Source: Pelagibacteraceae bacterium AG-337-G06 (GTDB taxonomy: Bacteria; Pseudomonadota; Alphaproteobacteria; Pelagibacterales; AG-422-B15). Taken from it: a DNA stretch of 64,000 bases. This document shows, one piece after another, positions 9,954-19,326 of the stretch (position 1 is its first letter; each line of letters opens with the position of its first letter). Below the pieces are notes generated by a model that ran no database searches, was not told the DNA's origin, and saw nothing but the letters and a program-made list of their open reading frames with translations. The position numbers and the translations under genes were made by a program. The stretch spans positions 138,598 through 202,597 of the forward strand of contig QBZX01000002.1 of NCBI GenBank assembly GCA_003282175.1, in the 5' to 3' direction.

Positions 9954-10331
9954 ATGACCACTAATAAATCACAATATACTCTCACTACTCAATGGATTGT
10001 GCCAGAAGACAAGAAATCAGAGGTTGAAAGCTTCTTTGCTGAGCATGAAGTATGGATGAGAGAAACTCATAATCTCTCTGGCAATGATGAACCAAGAATT
10101 GTTGACTATTCTGTTTCTAAGGCACCTCACTATATTGATAATGACTTAGAAAAAGGACCATCAGGAAAAACAATTTACTCTTTGCATGAAGTGTACGTGA
10201 CTGATCAAGGGGCTATGAAACATTTTGAGTTGTGGCAATCACATCCTGCTGCTGAAAAGATGGCCAACATGGCTGAATATCAAACGGATATGTCATTTAA
10301 TGCAGAAGTAATTGCATCAATGGAATCATAA
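9954..10331 (+). CDS. Hypothetical protein, probable dimeric alpha+beta barrel
   Basis: W.VPEDK..EVE.FF.EHE.WM and Y.LHEVY...GAMKH patterns resemble ABM-like barrels; GGAG RBS. Confidence 0.6.
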   Translation: MTTNKSQYTLTTQWIVPEDKKSEVESFFAEHEVWMRETHNLSGNDEPRIVDYSVSKAPHYIDNDLEKGPSGKTIYSLHEVYVTDQGAMKHFELWQSHPAAEKMANMAEYQTDMSFNAEVIASMES

Positions 10332-10346
10332 GGAGTAAAATAAAAT

Positions 10347-10640
10347 ATGTATGTAATGTTAACTCAAAAGCTATCGAAAGGCTTTAAATCTTGGAAAGCA
10401 ATGGCAGAAGCTAATGCAGAAAAAATAAAAGGCTTTAAAGGAAAAGTACTTTATGCAGGAGCTCACGCAGATGATGATAATTCTATGGTTGTAATCATGC
10501 ATTATGAGAGCAAGGTCGGCTTAATGGCTTTTAAAAACGATGAAGAACTTACGAAAGCTCGTCAAGAAGCTGGGGCTTTAACAGAGACAACGGTAATGAC
10601 AATTTTGTCAGATGATGCCCTAACGGACTTTCCTAATTAA
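10347..10640 (+). CDS. Small barrel-fold protein (DUF3764-like)
   Basis: F.SWKAM, DDDNSMVVIMH, EELTKARQEAG; AGGAG RBS. Confidence 0.6.
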   Translation: MYVMLTQKLSKGFKSWKAMAEANAEKIKGFKGKVLYAGAHADDDNSMVVIMHYESKVGLMAFKNDEELTKARQEAGALTETTVMTILSDDALTDFPN

Positions 10641-10647
10641 TTAAATT

Positions 10648-10875
10648 CTAATTGGCTGTAAGTTGATACGAAGTGTCTTCATTGCAGCCAATTCCTATTG
10701 ATTTTCCATAATTAACTATTTCTTGTTCTGAATACTTTTCACTATCTAAGTTATCCAAAATAATCATATTCTTATCAATACATGTTTTGTGTGGAGATGG
10801 AAAAAGTGTTGTAAAAAAAATTGCAAAAACAAAGAGAAAAAATGCTGCAGGAACCATGCCGTATCGATTTATCAT
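10648..10875 (-). CDS. Small hypothetical membrane-anchored protein
   Basis: N-terminal TM segment; ATGA overlap with the upstream DUF1192 stop. Confidence 0.6.
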   Translation of the reverse strand: MINRYGMVPAAFFLFVFAIFFTTLFPSPHKTCIDKNMIILDNLDSEKYSEQEIVNYGKSIGIGCNEDTSYQLTAN

Positions 10876-11051
10876 TTTTTGAATAATTCCTCAGCGTTAA
10901 GTCGATCTTTACCTTTTGATGAAATATACTGCCTTGCTTTTTTGATTTCTTTTTCAAGTTCTAGAATGTATTCATTTAATTCTTCTATACTCAAGGTATC
11001 GAAATCAACTTCTTTTGGCCTAATAACTGGCTCTAATTCATCAGTATCCAT
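10872..11051 (-). CDS. DUF1192-family coiled-coil protein
   Basis: DFDTLSIEELNEYILELEKEI..K.KDRLNAEELFKK; start taken at MDTDEL. Confidence 0.8.
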   Translation of the reverse strand: MDTDELEPVIRPKEVDFDTLSIEELNEYILELEKEIKKARQYISSKGKDRLNAEELFKK

Positions 11052-11093
11052 ACAATAGAAGTGTTCCATTTTTTTTAAGAGTTGTTAAGATAA

Positions 11094-12197
11094 ATGATGA
11101 CTAATGAGGTCAAATTTTTTGACAACCGACAGAGATATCTTTTGTTTGTTACAACAACAAACGAAAAGGCTATTATTTCAGAGAAGCTATCGCACCTAAT
11201 TAATGAATTGAAACCTTCAAAACCAGCTTTAAAAATATTTGATGCTGGTGTTGGAGATGGGGCAGTGTTAATGAATGTGTTACGTATTTGTCATCAGAAA
11301 TTTCCAACTATCCCTATCTATGTATCTTGCAAGGACGTAAGCATGGAAGATGCTAGACTCACAATAGAAAAATTAGCAGACCGTTTTGTTGAACATCCAA
11401 ATATGGTTTTTACGATTTCAAATTTACATTACTCAGAGGCTGGCTATTTAAAGTCTAACAATGCTGACAAGCAAAAGAATATGAACTGGAGCAATATCTC
11501 TCTTGAAGGCAATTCATCATTTGGTTTTTATCAGCAATTGAGACAGCTTGGCCCTCTGCTTAAAGAAAATTGGAGAGTTGAAGAAAATAAAGCCGGAAAC
11601 ACAACGTATGAACATCCATCAGTTTTGACTATTTACAGAAAAGACCAAGAATTTTCTCTAGAGCAGGTAATTCCAAATATTGAAAACTCAATTAATGAGT
11701 TTGATTTAGTCATTGTATCTCAAGCATATAGGTCACGGGCTTCTGTAGAAAAAAAAGTTAAATCAGTGATTATGCCAATGACTGACATCCTAGCGCCAAA
11801 TGGAAAATTAGCAGTTTTTCATTCTTACGGTGGAGATCCAGGGATGAAAGCAATCAATGAATTATGGCCAGACGAAGAACCTTTCCCAAATAAGGGCCAT
11901 GACATAATTCAATACATGAAAAATAATTTGAAAGATGAAGTAAAAAATCAAATCCAATTTAGAGATCCAGAAATCTTTAAATACAAATTAAGGTCTCAGC
12001 CAAATGAAATAAATAGCGGCATTTCAACTTCTTTAGTATTTTCTGCGTGGAACGCCTGTACTTATGTTGCTCAAATAAGTGATCAAATGGTAAAAGAAAA
12101 AGAAGCTGACCAAAGCTATATTGAGTGTGTAGAAAAAGTTATTCGAGATAACGATGGGCTCTGGTTTTATGATGAAATGCTAATTGCCGAGCGTTAA
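11094..12197 (+). CDS. Conserved hypothetical protein with class I SAM-methyltransferase fold
   Basis: IFDAGVGDG motif I, acidic KDVS after strand 2, FDLVI motif; 367 aa. Confidence 0.6.
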   Translation: MMTNEVKFFDNRQRYLLFVTTTNEKAIISEKLSHLINELKPSKPALKIFDAGVGDGAVLMNVLRICHQKFPTIPIYVSCKDVSMEDARLTIEKLADRFVEHPNMVFTISNLHYSEAGYLKSNNADKQKNMNWSNISLEGNSSFGFYQQLRQLGPLLKENWRVEENKAGNTTYEHPSVLTIYRKDQEFSLEQVIPNIENSINEFDLVIVSQAYRSRASVEKKVKSVIMPMTDILAPNGKLAVFHSYGGDPGMKAINELWPDEEPFPNKGHDIIQYMKNNLKDEVKNQIQFRDPEIFKYKLRSQPNEINSGISTSLVFSAWNACTYVAQISDQMVKEKEADQSYIECVEKVIRDNDGLWFYDEMLIAER

Positions 12198-12237
12198 TTA
12201 TCATTGAATTTTAAATTTTCAAATTATATCAATTATT

Positions 12238-12744
12238 ATGTTGGCTTCATTAGTTGTAGGTGCAGGTTGCTTTTGGGGCGTTGAAGCGCTTTATGAAGAT
12301 ATGCCTGGGGTATTAAATGCCACGTCAGGATACGCTGGTGGATCACTTCAAAATCCACGTTATGAAGATGTATTAACTGGCGAAACGGGCCATGTAGAAG
12401 TCGTAAAAATTGACTACGATACGAGTGAGGTAACTTTTGACACGCTTATCGATGCTTTTTTCATTATGCATGACCCAACAACACTAAATCGTCAAGGTCC
12501 AGATATTGGTGAACAATACAAATCAGTAATTTTTTACAATAATGATGAACAAAAAAATATTATAAAAAATAAAATTAAACTAATTGACGCAATGGATATC
12601 CATGAAAATCCTGTAGTTACTGAAATAAGAGAGGCTGCAAAATTTTATCCTGCTGAAGACTATCATCAAGACTATGCCATGAAGACAGGGAAACTTTGTT
12701 ATCAACAAATGTATGTTAAATACAACTATACGCCCATACCCTAA
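12238..12744 (+). CDS. msrA: Peptide-methionine (S)-S-oxide reductase
   Basis: GCFWGVE, SGYAGG, TGHVEVV, HDPTTLNRQG.D.G.QY, AEDYHQDY. Confidence 0.96.
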   Translation: MLASLVVGAGCFWGVEALYEDMPGVLNATSGYAGGSLQNPRYEDVLTGETGHVEVVKIDYDTSEVTFDTLIDAFFIMHDPTTLNRQGPDIGEQYKSVIFYNNDEQKNIIKNKIKLIDAMDIHENPVVTEIREAAKFYPAEDYHQDYAMKTGKLCYQQMYVKYNYTPIP

Positions 12745-12851
12745 ATAGACTCAATATAAAGTTATATATTTTGGTAGTTTTTTATTTTCTAAGTTTCATA
12801 AAATCTTAATAAAAGTAAATTTAAATAACCTATTTTTTAAGGAGAATTTTT

Positions 12852-13493
12852 ATGGCAATCGCAAGAAGTCAAGTTTCAACGGCAATACCAGGTAAAGAGA
12901 TGGAATTTATTTCCCTCTCAAAAGAAGGTATTAAATTAATGAATGATAAAGGTATACCAACTGGAGTAAGAGTTAGTCACTCAGGCACTCAAGACATTGA
13001 GGTTTATACAGTATCAATGTTTGATAATTATTCAGATTATGGCGCAGCACAGGAAAAGCTGATTAGTGACCCTGAATTACAGGCATGGTATGCGAAAACT
13101 GTAGCATCTGGATCTGGACGAATTATTGATACAATGGAAATGGTAGAAATGAAAGGTTTCGAAAAGGGAGCTGGATTAATTGGCAATGTAACTGTCATTG
13201 TTATGTATAAGTTAATTCAAGATCAGGGCAACATGGGTAAATTTGTTCAGTCGTGTCAGACTGCAAAAGAATTTCAAGAAAAGCACGGAGCTCAAGTTAG
13301 GTTATGGCAAGTTAATGCTAGTCAACGTTACACTGGCATGATGGCCTATACAATGGGCTTTGAAAACTTCGACGATATGGGTAAGGCTTTTGATGGCTGG
13401 AAAGAAGAGAACGAAAAGTTTTATTTCAAGCAACCAGTTACTGCTACAATGGAGCAACAAATTATAATGCGCTCTTCGACCATGATAGGATAG
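12852..13493 (+). CDS. Tandem NIPSNAP-like barrel protein, cytoplasmic, Met-rich
   Basis: Two internal repeats (FDNYSDYGAAQEK..DPELQAW / FENFDDMGKAFD); AAGGAG RBS. Confidence 0.65.
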   Translation: MAIARSQVSTAIPGKEMEFISLSKEGIKLMNDKGIPTGVRVSHSGTQDIEVYTVSMFDNYSDYGAAQEKLISDPELQAWYAKTVASGSGRIIDTMEMVEMKGFEKGAGLIGNVTVIVMYKLIQDQGNMGKFVQSCQTAKEFQEKHGAQVRLWQVNASQRYTGMMAYTMGFENFDDMGKAFDGWKEENEKFYFKQPVTATMEQQIIMRSSTMIG

Positions 13494-13494
13494 C

Positions 13495-14385
13495 CTACCT
13501 TTTGCCAAAACTAGGCAATTGGGAGTCAATTACTGTTGGAGTAACGTATTTGCTTTTTGCAATGTCTAAACAGTTGGGATTTTTGTGATTATAGTAGTTT
13601 GTGCTTTTGTAATCTAGGTGTTTTGCTTTATCGTAAGTAACATTACTCTGCACGCTATACATAATATCGCCAGGAATAGATATGTGACCACCAATTCCGT
13701 CGTTAATTGTTCCTTCATCTTTAAAAACTAAATGATCCTTCGCACATTGCGGAACAGCCCCTAATACGTGTAAAATTTCGTGCAATGCTGCTTTTGCAGT
13801 TTCATTGAATTCAGGTTTAAAGCCTCCGTTGTTTTCAATACAAGAGCCGCTTCTTTTGCCAGGATAATATAGAGCTGCAGTATTTGCAATTACGCCTTCA
13901 GTTGCGTAACTAGGCAATTGTGATGAAGCGCAGACATCCCGGTTAGATCCACCATAAATAATAAAATAAACTTTTTTTGGATCATTGAAACCATGAGAGC
14001 TTATAGCTGGCTGAAGTACATTTACGGCTTGAATACCTTCTTTTGAAATTTCGTTATCTTTTTTTTCAAGCCTTAAAAAAGTAATATCTATTTTGCCATT
14101 CTGTTTACGATCAAATTTTAAATTCTGTCCATCAGCATATAATCTCTTTTTTGTTTTTGAATTAAACCATTTATCAATTTGATAAAGCAACATGCTTATC
14201 TTACTGTTAAGGTCATACTCCTTATCCACGCCATCTGCTGGTATGACGTACATTACGTGAATATTATAACCATCATCAATGTCTTCTAAGTCAATAAAAT
14301 TTCTTCCAATTTTTTCATCGGACGAATACACATTCATTGTAAGAAAAAAAAAGGCAATAATCGAATATTTTATAAATATCTTCAT
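13495..14385 (-). CDS. Secreted zinc metallopeptidase-like protein
   Basis: Signal peptide; HEILHVLG (HExxHxxG) plus Met-turn-like DIMY. Confidence 0.65.
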   Translation of the reverse strand: MKIFIKYSIIAFFFLTMNVYSSDEKIGRNFIDLEDIDDGYNIHVMYVIPADGVDKEYDLNSKISMLLYQIDKWFNSKTKKRLYADGQNLKFDRKQNGKIDITFLRLEKKDNEISKEGIQAVNVLQPAISSHGFNDPKKVYFIIYGGSNRDVCASSQLPSYATEGVIANTAALYYPGKRSGSCIENNGGFKPEFNETAKAALHEILHVLGAVPQCAKDHLVFKDEGTINDGIGGHISIPGDIMYSVQSNVTYDKAKHLDYKSTNYYNHKNPNCLDIAKSKYVTPTVIDSQLPSFGKR

Positions 14386-14417
14386 TTTATTAAATCTGTT
14401 AATCTTATTTATATAAA

Positions 14418-15488
14418 ATGAAAAAGTTAATTGTTAATCCTTTTTTTCAAATAGGTTTTCCCTCAGAAAATGGGAAAGATCCAGTCAGTACAGATGTAGA
14501 AGCAGTGAGAAAATTATTGGCAATGTGCCCTGTTGCTGCTGAAACCCCCTTAATCACATCTGATGCGTTGGCAAGCAATTTGGGAATTAATAAACTCTGG
14601 TTGAAGGATGAAAGAAATCGAATGGGCCTCGGAAGTTTCAAGGCTTTAGGCGCTACTTTTGTTATTGCTTCTCATGCTGCAAAAAAAGTTGCTAAAGAAA
14701 ATTCAGATGATGACTGGAAAAAAAGTTTATCTGAAGAAACCTACGTCTCAGCAAGCGCAGGTAACCACGGACTTTCTCTAGCTGCAGGTGCACGAATATT
14801 TGGGGCTAAGGCAGTTATTTATTTGTCAAAAAATGTTCCTTCTACATTTGCAGACAGAATTCGAAGTTATGGCGCTGAGGTTGTAATTCACGGTGATGAT
14901 TATGAAGAAAGTTTACAAGGAGCACAGATTGCAGCCGAAGAAAATAATTGGTTCCTCTTATCTGATGTGACTTGGGATGGCTATGATTACGGTCTCCAAG
15001 TTATGCAGGGATATCTAGTTTTAGCAGCAGAGGCATATGATAAATGTTCAGAAATACCTACTCATATATTTTTACAGGCAGGCGTTGGAGGCTTTCCAGC
15101 ATCCATGGCATCTTTGGCACGCAAGTATTTTGGAAATAAACCAAAAATAATTATTGTTGAGCCAACAAAGGCCCCAGTGTTACAAGAGTCAATAAATGCA
15201 GGAAAAGCTACTAATGTCACAGGAGGGGTATCTAATATGGGAAGACTTGACTGTAAAAGTCCCTCATTAAAAGCTCTTTCCTCATTAGCGATAACTTGTA
15301 CTCATTTCATTACCATTGAAGATGAAGATGCAGAGAATTCACTTAGCGACTTAGACGAAAATGATTTAACAACCACGCCATCAGGTGGTGCTGGATATGC
15401 TGCAATTGCAGAAGCTCAAAAATATAGTGAATGTGGGATTGATAAAGACAGTAAAATATTAGTTTTTTTGACTGAAAAGCGAGATTAA
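14418..15488 (+). CDS. PLP-dependent diaminopropionate ammonia-lyase family protein
   Basis: R.GLGSFKALGA (PLP Lys), SAGNHG, QAGVGG, MGRLDC. Confidence 0.85.
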   Translation: MKKLIVNPFFQIGFPSENGKDPVSTDVEAVRKLLAMCPVAAETPLITSDALASNLGINKLWLKDERNRMGLGSFKALGATFVIASHAAKKVAKENSDDDWKKSLSEETYVSASAGNHGLSLAAGARIFGAKAVIYLSKNVPSTFADRIRSYGAEVVIHGDDYEESLQGAQIAAEENNWFLLSDVTWDGYDYGLQVMQGYLVLAAEAYDKCSEIPTHIFLQAGVGGFPASMASLARKYFGNKPKIIIVEPTKAPVLQESINAGKATNVTGGVSNMGRLDCKSPSLKALSSLAITCTHFITIEDEDAENSLSDLDENDLTTTPSGGAGYAAIAEAQKYSECGIDKDSKILVFLTEKRD

Positions 15489-15532
15489 TTTTTATTATTG
15501 ATAAAAACTTAAAGTCATTATTTAATTTCTTC

Positions 15533-16717
15533 ATGATTACAAAAAGCCTTCTCAGAAAAATTATAAAAGTTGGCAACTTAACTTGGATCAGTCCTAATGG
15601 TGAAATAAACACCTACGGTGATGGCTCAGGAGAGGCAATACGTATCCGCACAACAAATAGTTTTTCAGAACTACAGCTTCTTATGAATCCCTCTGTTCAT
15701 TTTGGTGAAAGCTATATGAATGGTTCCCTAATTGTTGAAGAAGGTCGAATACATGATTTTCTTAAACTTATTTTCTTGAATACTACGAGTGAAATTGACC
15801 ATTGGGTCATGAAATTATCTAAAATTGTGAGAGTAATACAAAATAAAATCAGAACAAGTAACTATATTTCTAAGTCGAAACATAATGTCGCTCATCATTA
15901 TGACTTATCAGATAAATTATATGAATTGTTTCTAGACCCCGATAGACAGTATTCCTGTGCATATTTTAATTCACCTAACGATACATTAGAACAGGCGCAG
16001 ATTAATAAAAAGGAGTTAATCTCTAAGAAGTTACTGTTGGAAGAAGGACAATCAGTTTTAGATATAGGTTGTGGATGGGGTGGAATGGCTGCTCATATTT
16101 ATAGAAAGTCAAATGCCAATGTAGTAGGGGTTACTTTATCAGAAGAGCAAATCGCCTACGCTAAACAAAGAAAAATTGATGAAAAGTTGGATAAAGTTGA
16201 ATACAGATTGCAAGACTATCGGAACGTAAATGAGACTTATGACAGGATTGTATCCGTTGGAATGTTTGAGCATGTAGGCACTGCCCACTATCAAGAATTC
16301 TTTAATAAGGTTCATGATTTACTGAATGATACAGGTGTTGCCTTAATTCATACGATTGGAAGACTAACAGAACCTACAAATAATGATCCATGGATAGAAA
16401 AATATATATTTCCAGGTGGCTATATACCTGCCCTTAGTGAAACCATGTCTCGAGTCGAAAAATCTGGTCTAACTCTTGCTGATGTTCAGGTATTAAAATT
16501 TCATTACGCTGAAACCTTGAAGAGATGGAGATATAACTTTTATGATAACATTGATAGAGTTAAAGAACTTTACGATGAAAAATTTTGTCGTATGTGGGAC
16601 TTTTATTTATCATCATCACAAGCATCGTTCGAGGAGTCTGGATTAGTAGTATTTCAACTGCAGCTATCCAAAAATAAGAAATCTGTACCCGACAAAAGGG
16701 ATTATATGATTGAATAG
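15533..16717 (+). CDS. cfa: Cyclopropane-fatty-acyl-phospholipid synthase family methyltransferase
   Basis: VAHHYDLS, YSCAYF, LDIGCGWGG, QDYR, SVGMFEHVG, YIFPGG, FCRMWDFYL. Confidence 0.92.
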   Translation: MITKSLLRKIIKVGNLTWISPNGEINTYGDGSGEAIRIRTTNSFSELQLLMNPSVHFGESYMNGSLIVEEGRIHDFLKLIFLNTTSEIDHWVMKLSKIVRVIQNKIRTSNYISKSKHNVAHHYDLSDKLYELFLDPDRQYSCAYFNSPNDTLEQAQINKKELISKKLLLEEGQSVLDIGCGWGGMAAHIYRKSNANVVGVTLSEEQIAYAKQRKIDEKLDKVEYRLQDYRNVNETYDRIVSVGMFEHVGTAHYQEFFNKVHDLLNDTGVALIHTIGRLTEPTNNDPWIEKYIFPGGYIPALSETMSRVEKSGLTLADVQVLKFHYAETLKRWRYNFYDNIDRVKELYDEKFCRMWDFYLSSSQASFEESGLVVFQLQLSKNKKSVPDKRDYMIE

Positions 16718-16739
16718 TCGTCTATAAATAGACGACTAT
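16714..16739. terminator. Perfect inverted repeat between convergent genes; probable bidirectional terminator
   Basis: ATAGTCGTCTAT-AA-ATAGACGACTAT. Confidence 0.75.
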
Positions 16740-16749
16740 CAATTATATT

Positions 16750-17448
16750 CTAATCGTTAAAAACAAGAACTCCAGCATCAGTAATATTTCCATGCGGCAC
16801 CATGTTTGCAAACATCCATCTTTGCATTTCCTCGCTTGAGAAAATATCTAGTGCTTTTCCCATATCTACAGGATTAGCTGCTGAAAAATATACCATTCCA
16901 TTTGTAGGAAGTACATTTTCACCACACAATGCGCACGCCATCGCTGAAACTTGTGCCGGGGCTCCCATATCACGCATCATCTGCTGCATGATAGGAAAGT
17001 TTAAAACAAAGTTTATACCACTTGTAATTTCTACAAATGCATAAGCAACAGTTTGACCTGCAGCTGACTCACCTAATTCTTCATCGTTTCCAAATGTTGT
17101 ATTGTCTACATCATCAAAGTCTAATTTTCCAAAGGTACTTTGGAACCAATCTGGATTAGCTCCAATCAGCGCTTGCGTCGCCATTTGATCTTCAAAGGAT
17201 TCATAGTAGGCGTGTACAAATACTGTATCAAGTGTGTCGTCACCTCTGATTTTTGTTGACGATCTAAATGCTGTGTACATTGCACCGCCATCCATTGCTT
17301 TTTCTTTAAAAGCTAAAGTAGCTTCAGAAACTTCAGCTGGCGTAACGCCTCTTAACTCCCATACATCCATTATAAATGCTTTAGACGGGATTATAGAGAG
17401 CGCAAATAAAGCTGCCGATATTGTTAAAATTTTAATTAACTTTCTCAT
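16750..17448 (-). CDS. Secreted tandem-barrel hypothetical protein (paralog A)
   Basis: Signal peptide ending SKA-F; KIRGD, CALC, DMGKALD; AAAGGAG RBS. Confidence 0.75.
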   Translation of the reverse strand: MRKLIKILTISAALFALSIIPSKAFIMDVWELRGVTPAEVSEATLAFKEKAMDGGAMYTAFRSSTKIRGDDTLDTVFVHAYYESFEDQMATQALIGANPDWFQSTFGKLDFDDVDNTTFGNDEELGESAAGQTVAYAFVEITSGINFVLNFPIMQQMMRDMGAPAQVSAMACALCGENVLPTNGMVYFSAANPVDMGKALDIFSSEEMQRWMFANMVPHGNITDAGVLVFND

Positions 17449-17461
17449 ATTCTCTCCTTTT

Positions 17462-18181
17462 TTAATTTGCGATAACCATGTTCATTCCAGCATCTACTTG
17501 CTCGACAAATGGTCTAATATTTCTGTAAAACCAGATTTGAGAATCTAAATCAAAATTATCTAAATCTGCACCCATATCTGCCATTGTATCATTACTTAAA
17601 AACATCATATGTGTTGTCTTGCCTAATGATGCAGGACATATCGAACAACTAAGAATTCCTAAATCCCCTTTTGTTCCATTTTCCTCCATTAATGCAGGCA
17701 ATTGCTGAACTCGATTTAAGAAATTTAAAAAATCAGTTACTTCTAGCATTACAAACCAATTTGTATTACCGACTGAGGCTTTTTCATATTCTATATCGGC
17801 ACCTGGTGGGGTTTCCATGACTGCATTGATAACATTATCTGTATCAATATTGAAATTATCATCAAACCACTTACTATTCATTGCAAACAGCGCATTCGTG
17901 TCAAGCATATCTTGGTAGTTTTCGTATACGACACCAAAAAGCATTTGCTCATTGTAGTTATCACCTTTAATTTTCATCTGTAGAGTGAAATCCATCCATT
18001 TTGCACCTCCAGACTCTGCAGAATTTTTGAATTTCTCAAATCCCTCAATCATTTGAGTTCTTTTTTCTGGGGTATCTATTCCAGACACTGAATAAAAGTC
18101 TAGAACTAGCGCATGACTAGAAGTCAAATAGAACATCGCTAGGGATGCTAATGCTGCTAATTTAATTATAGTATTTTTCAT
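17462..18181 (-). CDS. Secreted tandem-barrel hypothetical protein (paralog B)
   Basis: Signal peptide ending SHA-L; KIKGD, CSIC, DMGADLD; collinear with paralog A. Confidence 0.75.
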   Translation of the reverse strand: MKNTIIKLAALASLAMFYLTSSHALVLDFYSVSGIDTPEKRTQMIEGFEKFKNSAESGGAKWMDFTLQMKIKGDNYNEQMLFGVVYENYQDMLDTNALFAMNSKWFDDNFNIDTDNVINAVMETPPGADIEYEKASVGNTNWFVMLEVTDFLNFLNRVQQLPALMEENGTKGDLGILSCSICPASLGKTTHMMFLSNDTMADMGADLDNFDLDSQIWFYRNIRPFVEQVDAGMNMVIAN

Positions 18182-18358
18182 AATAAACTCCGTTTTTTTT
18201 GAAAATTGTATGTTAATAAAGCAAGAAAGAAACTATAGATATTAGTGTTAAACTTTATTAACTTATTAGAAATAATATATAAAGTATTGAAAACATTGTA
18301 TAAAAAAATTGACTATGAAAATAATAATTAAATTCTTATATAGTAATAGATAATTATT

Positions 18359-19300
18359 ATGAAATTTACACCTGCTATCAAACCAAATGAAATTTTTTCT
18401 GAAAATGAGATCTCTTTCTTGAGGAAAAAAAGTGACCTAAAGGGTTTAAGCTTGCTTTTGCATGCATGGGCTGTAATTTTTGCCTCCATTATATTTTACA
18501 CCATATTTCCAAATATTTTTACATTCTTGTTTACAGTGCTCGTTATTTCCGGAAGACAATTAGGACTTGCAATTTTAATGCATGAGGGCGCACATGGGTT
18601 AATAGTTAACAGCACGAAAAATAATAATTTTCTTTCTCAGTGGATCTGTGCTTTTCCTGTGTGGTCAGATACATACGGCTATAGACATTATCATTTATCT
18701 CATCATCGACACACACAAACTGCTGATGATCCTGATTTGAGTTTGTCAAAGCCATTCCCAGTTAACAAATTTAGCTTTGCCAGAAAAGTATTCAGAGATA
18801 TTTTTGGGATAAGTGGTCTTGTTCAGCGATATGAGTTAATTTTTAAAACTTTATTAACAAATGACACAAAAAAAGATGATGGTAAAAAAATTAGTGGGTT
18901 TAAGTCAAAGAATACACTTTTTGGAATACTTATCTCTAATATAATTATTTTTATAGCTTTTAGCGCAGTTGGTCATTGGTGGTATTATTTTGCATTTTGG
19001 CTTCTTCCCTTATTGACATTCTTTCAACTTTTTTTACGTATAAGAAATATTGCTGAGCACGCTGGTGTAGTAGATAATTGTAATGATTTTAATAATGCCA
19101 GAACCACTTATGCAAATATTTTAGAAAGGGCATTTGTTGCACCATATTATGTTAATTATCACTTAGAACATCACTTACTTATGTTTGTTCCCTGCTATAA
19201 ACTAAAGGAGGCTCATAAGTTGCTTCTTAAAAAGGGACACAAGCAAGAAATTGAAATAAAAGATGGATATATATCTTTACTAAAATCAGTAATAGTTTAA
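18359..19300 (+). CDS. Membrane fatty-acid desaturase family protein
   Basis: Three His boxes: HEGAH, HLSHHRH, HLEHH. Confidence 0.9.
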   Translation: MKFTPAIKPNEIFSENEISFLRKKSDLKGLSLLLHAWAVIFASIIFYTIFPNIFTFLFTVLVISGRQLGLAILMHEGAHGLIVNSTKNNNFLSQWICAFPVWSDTYGYRHYHLSHHRHTQTADDPDLSLSKPFPVNKFSFARKVFRDIFGISGLVQRYELIFKTLLTNDTKKDDGKKISGFKSKNTLFGILISNIIIFIAFSAVGHWWYYFAFWLLPLLTFFQLFLRIRNIAEHAGVVDNCNDFNNARTTYANILERAFVAPYYVNYHLEHHLLMFVPCYKLKEAHKLLLKKGHKQEIEIKDGYISLLKSVIV

Positions 19301-19326
19301 CTGTTCATCATCAATTTTTTATATCT

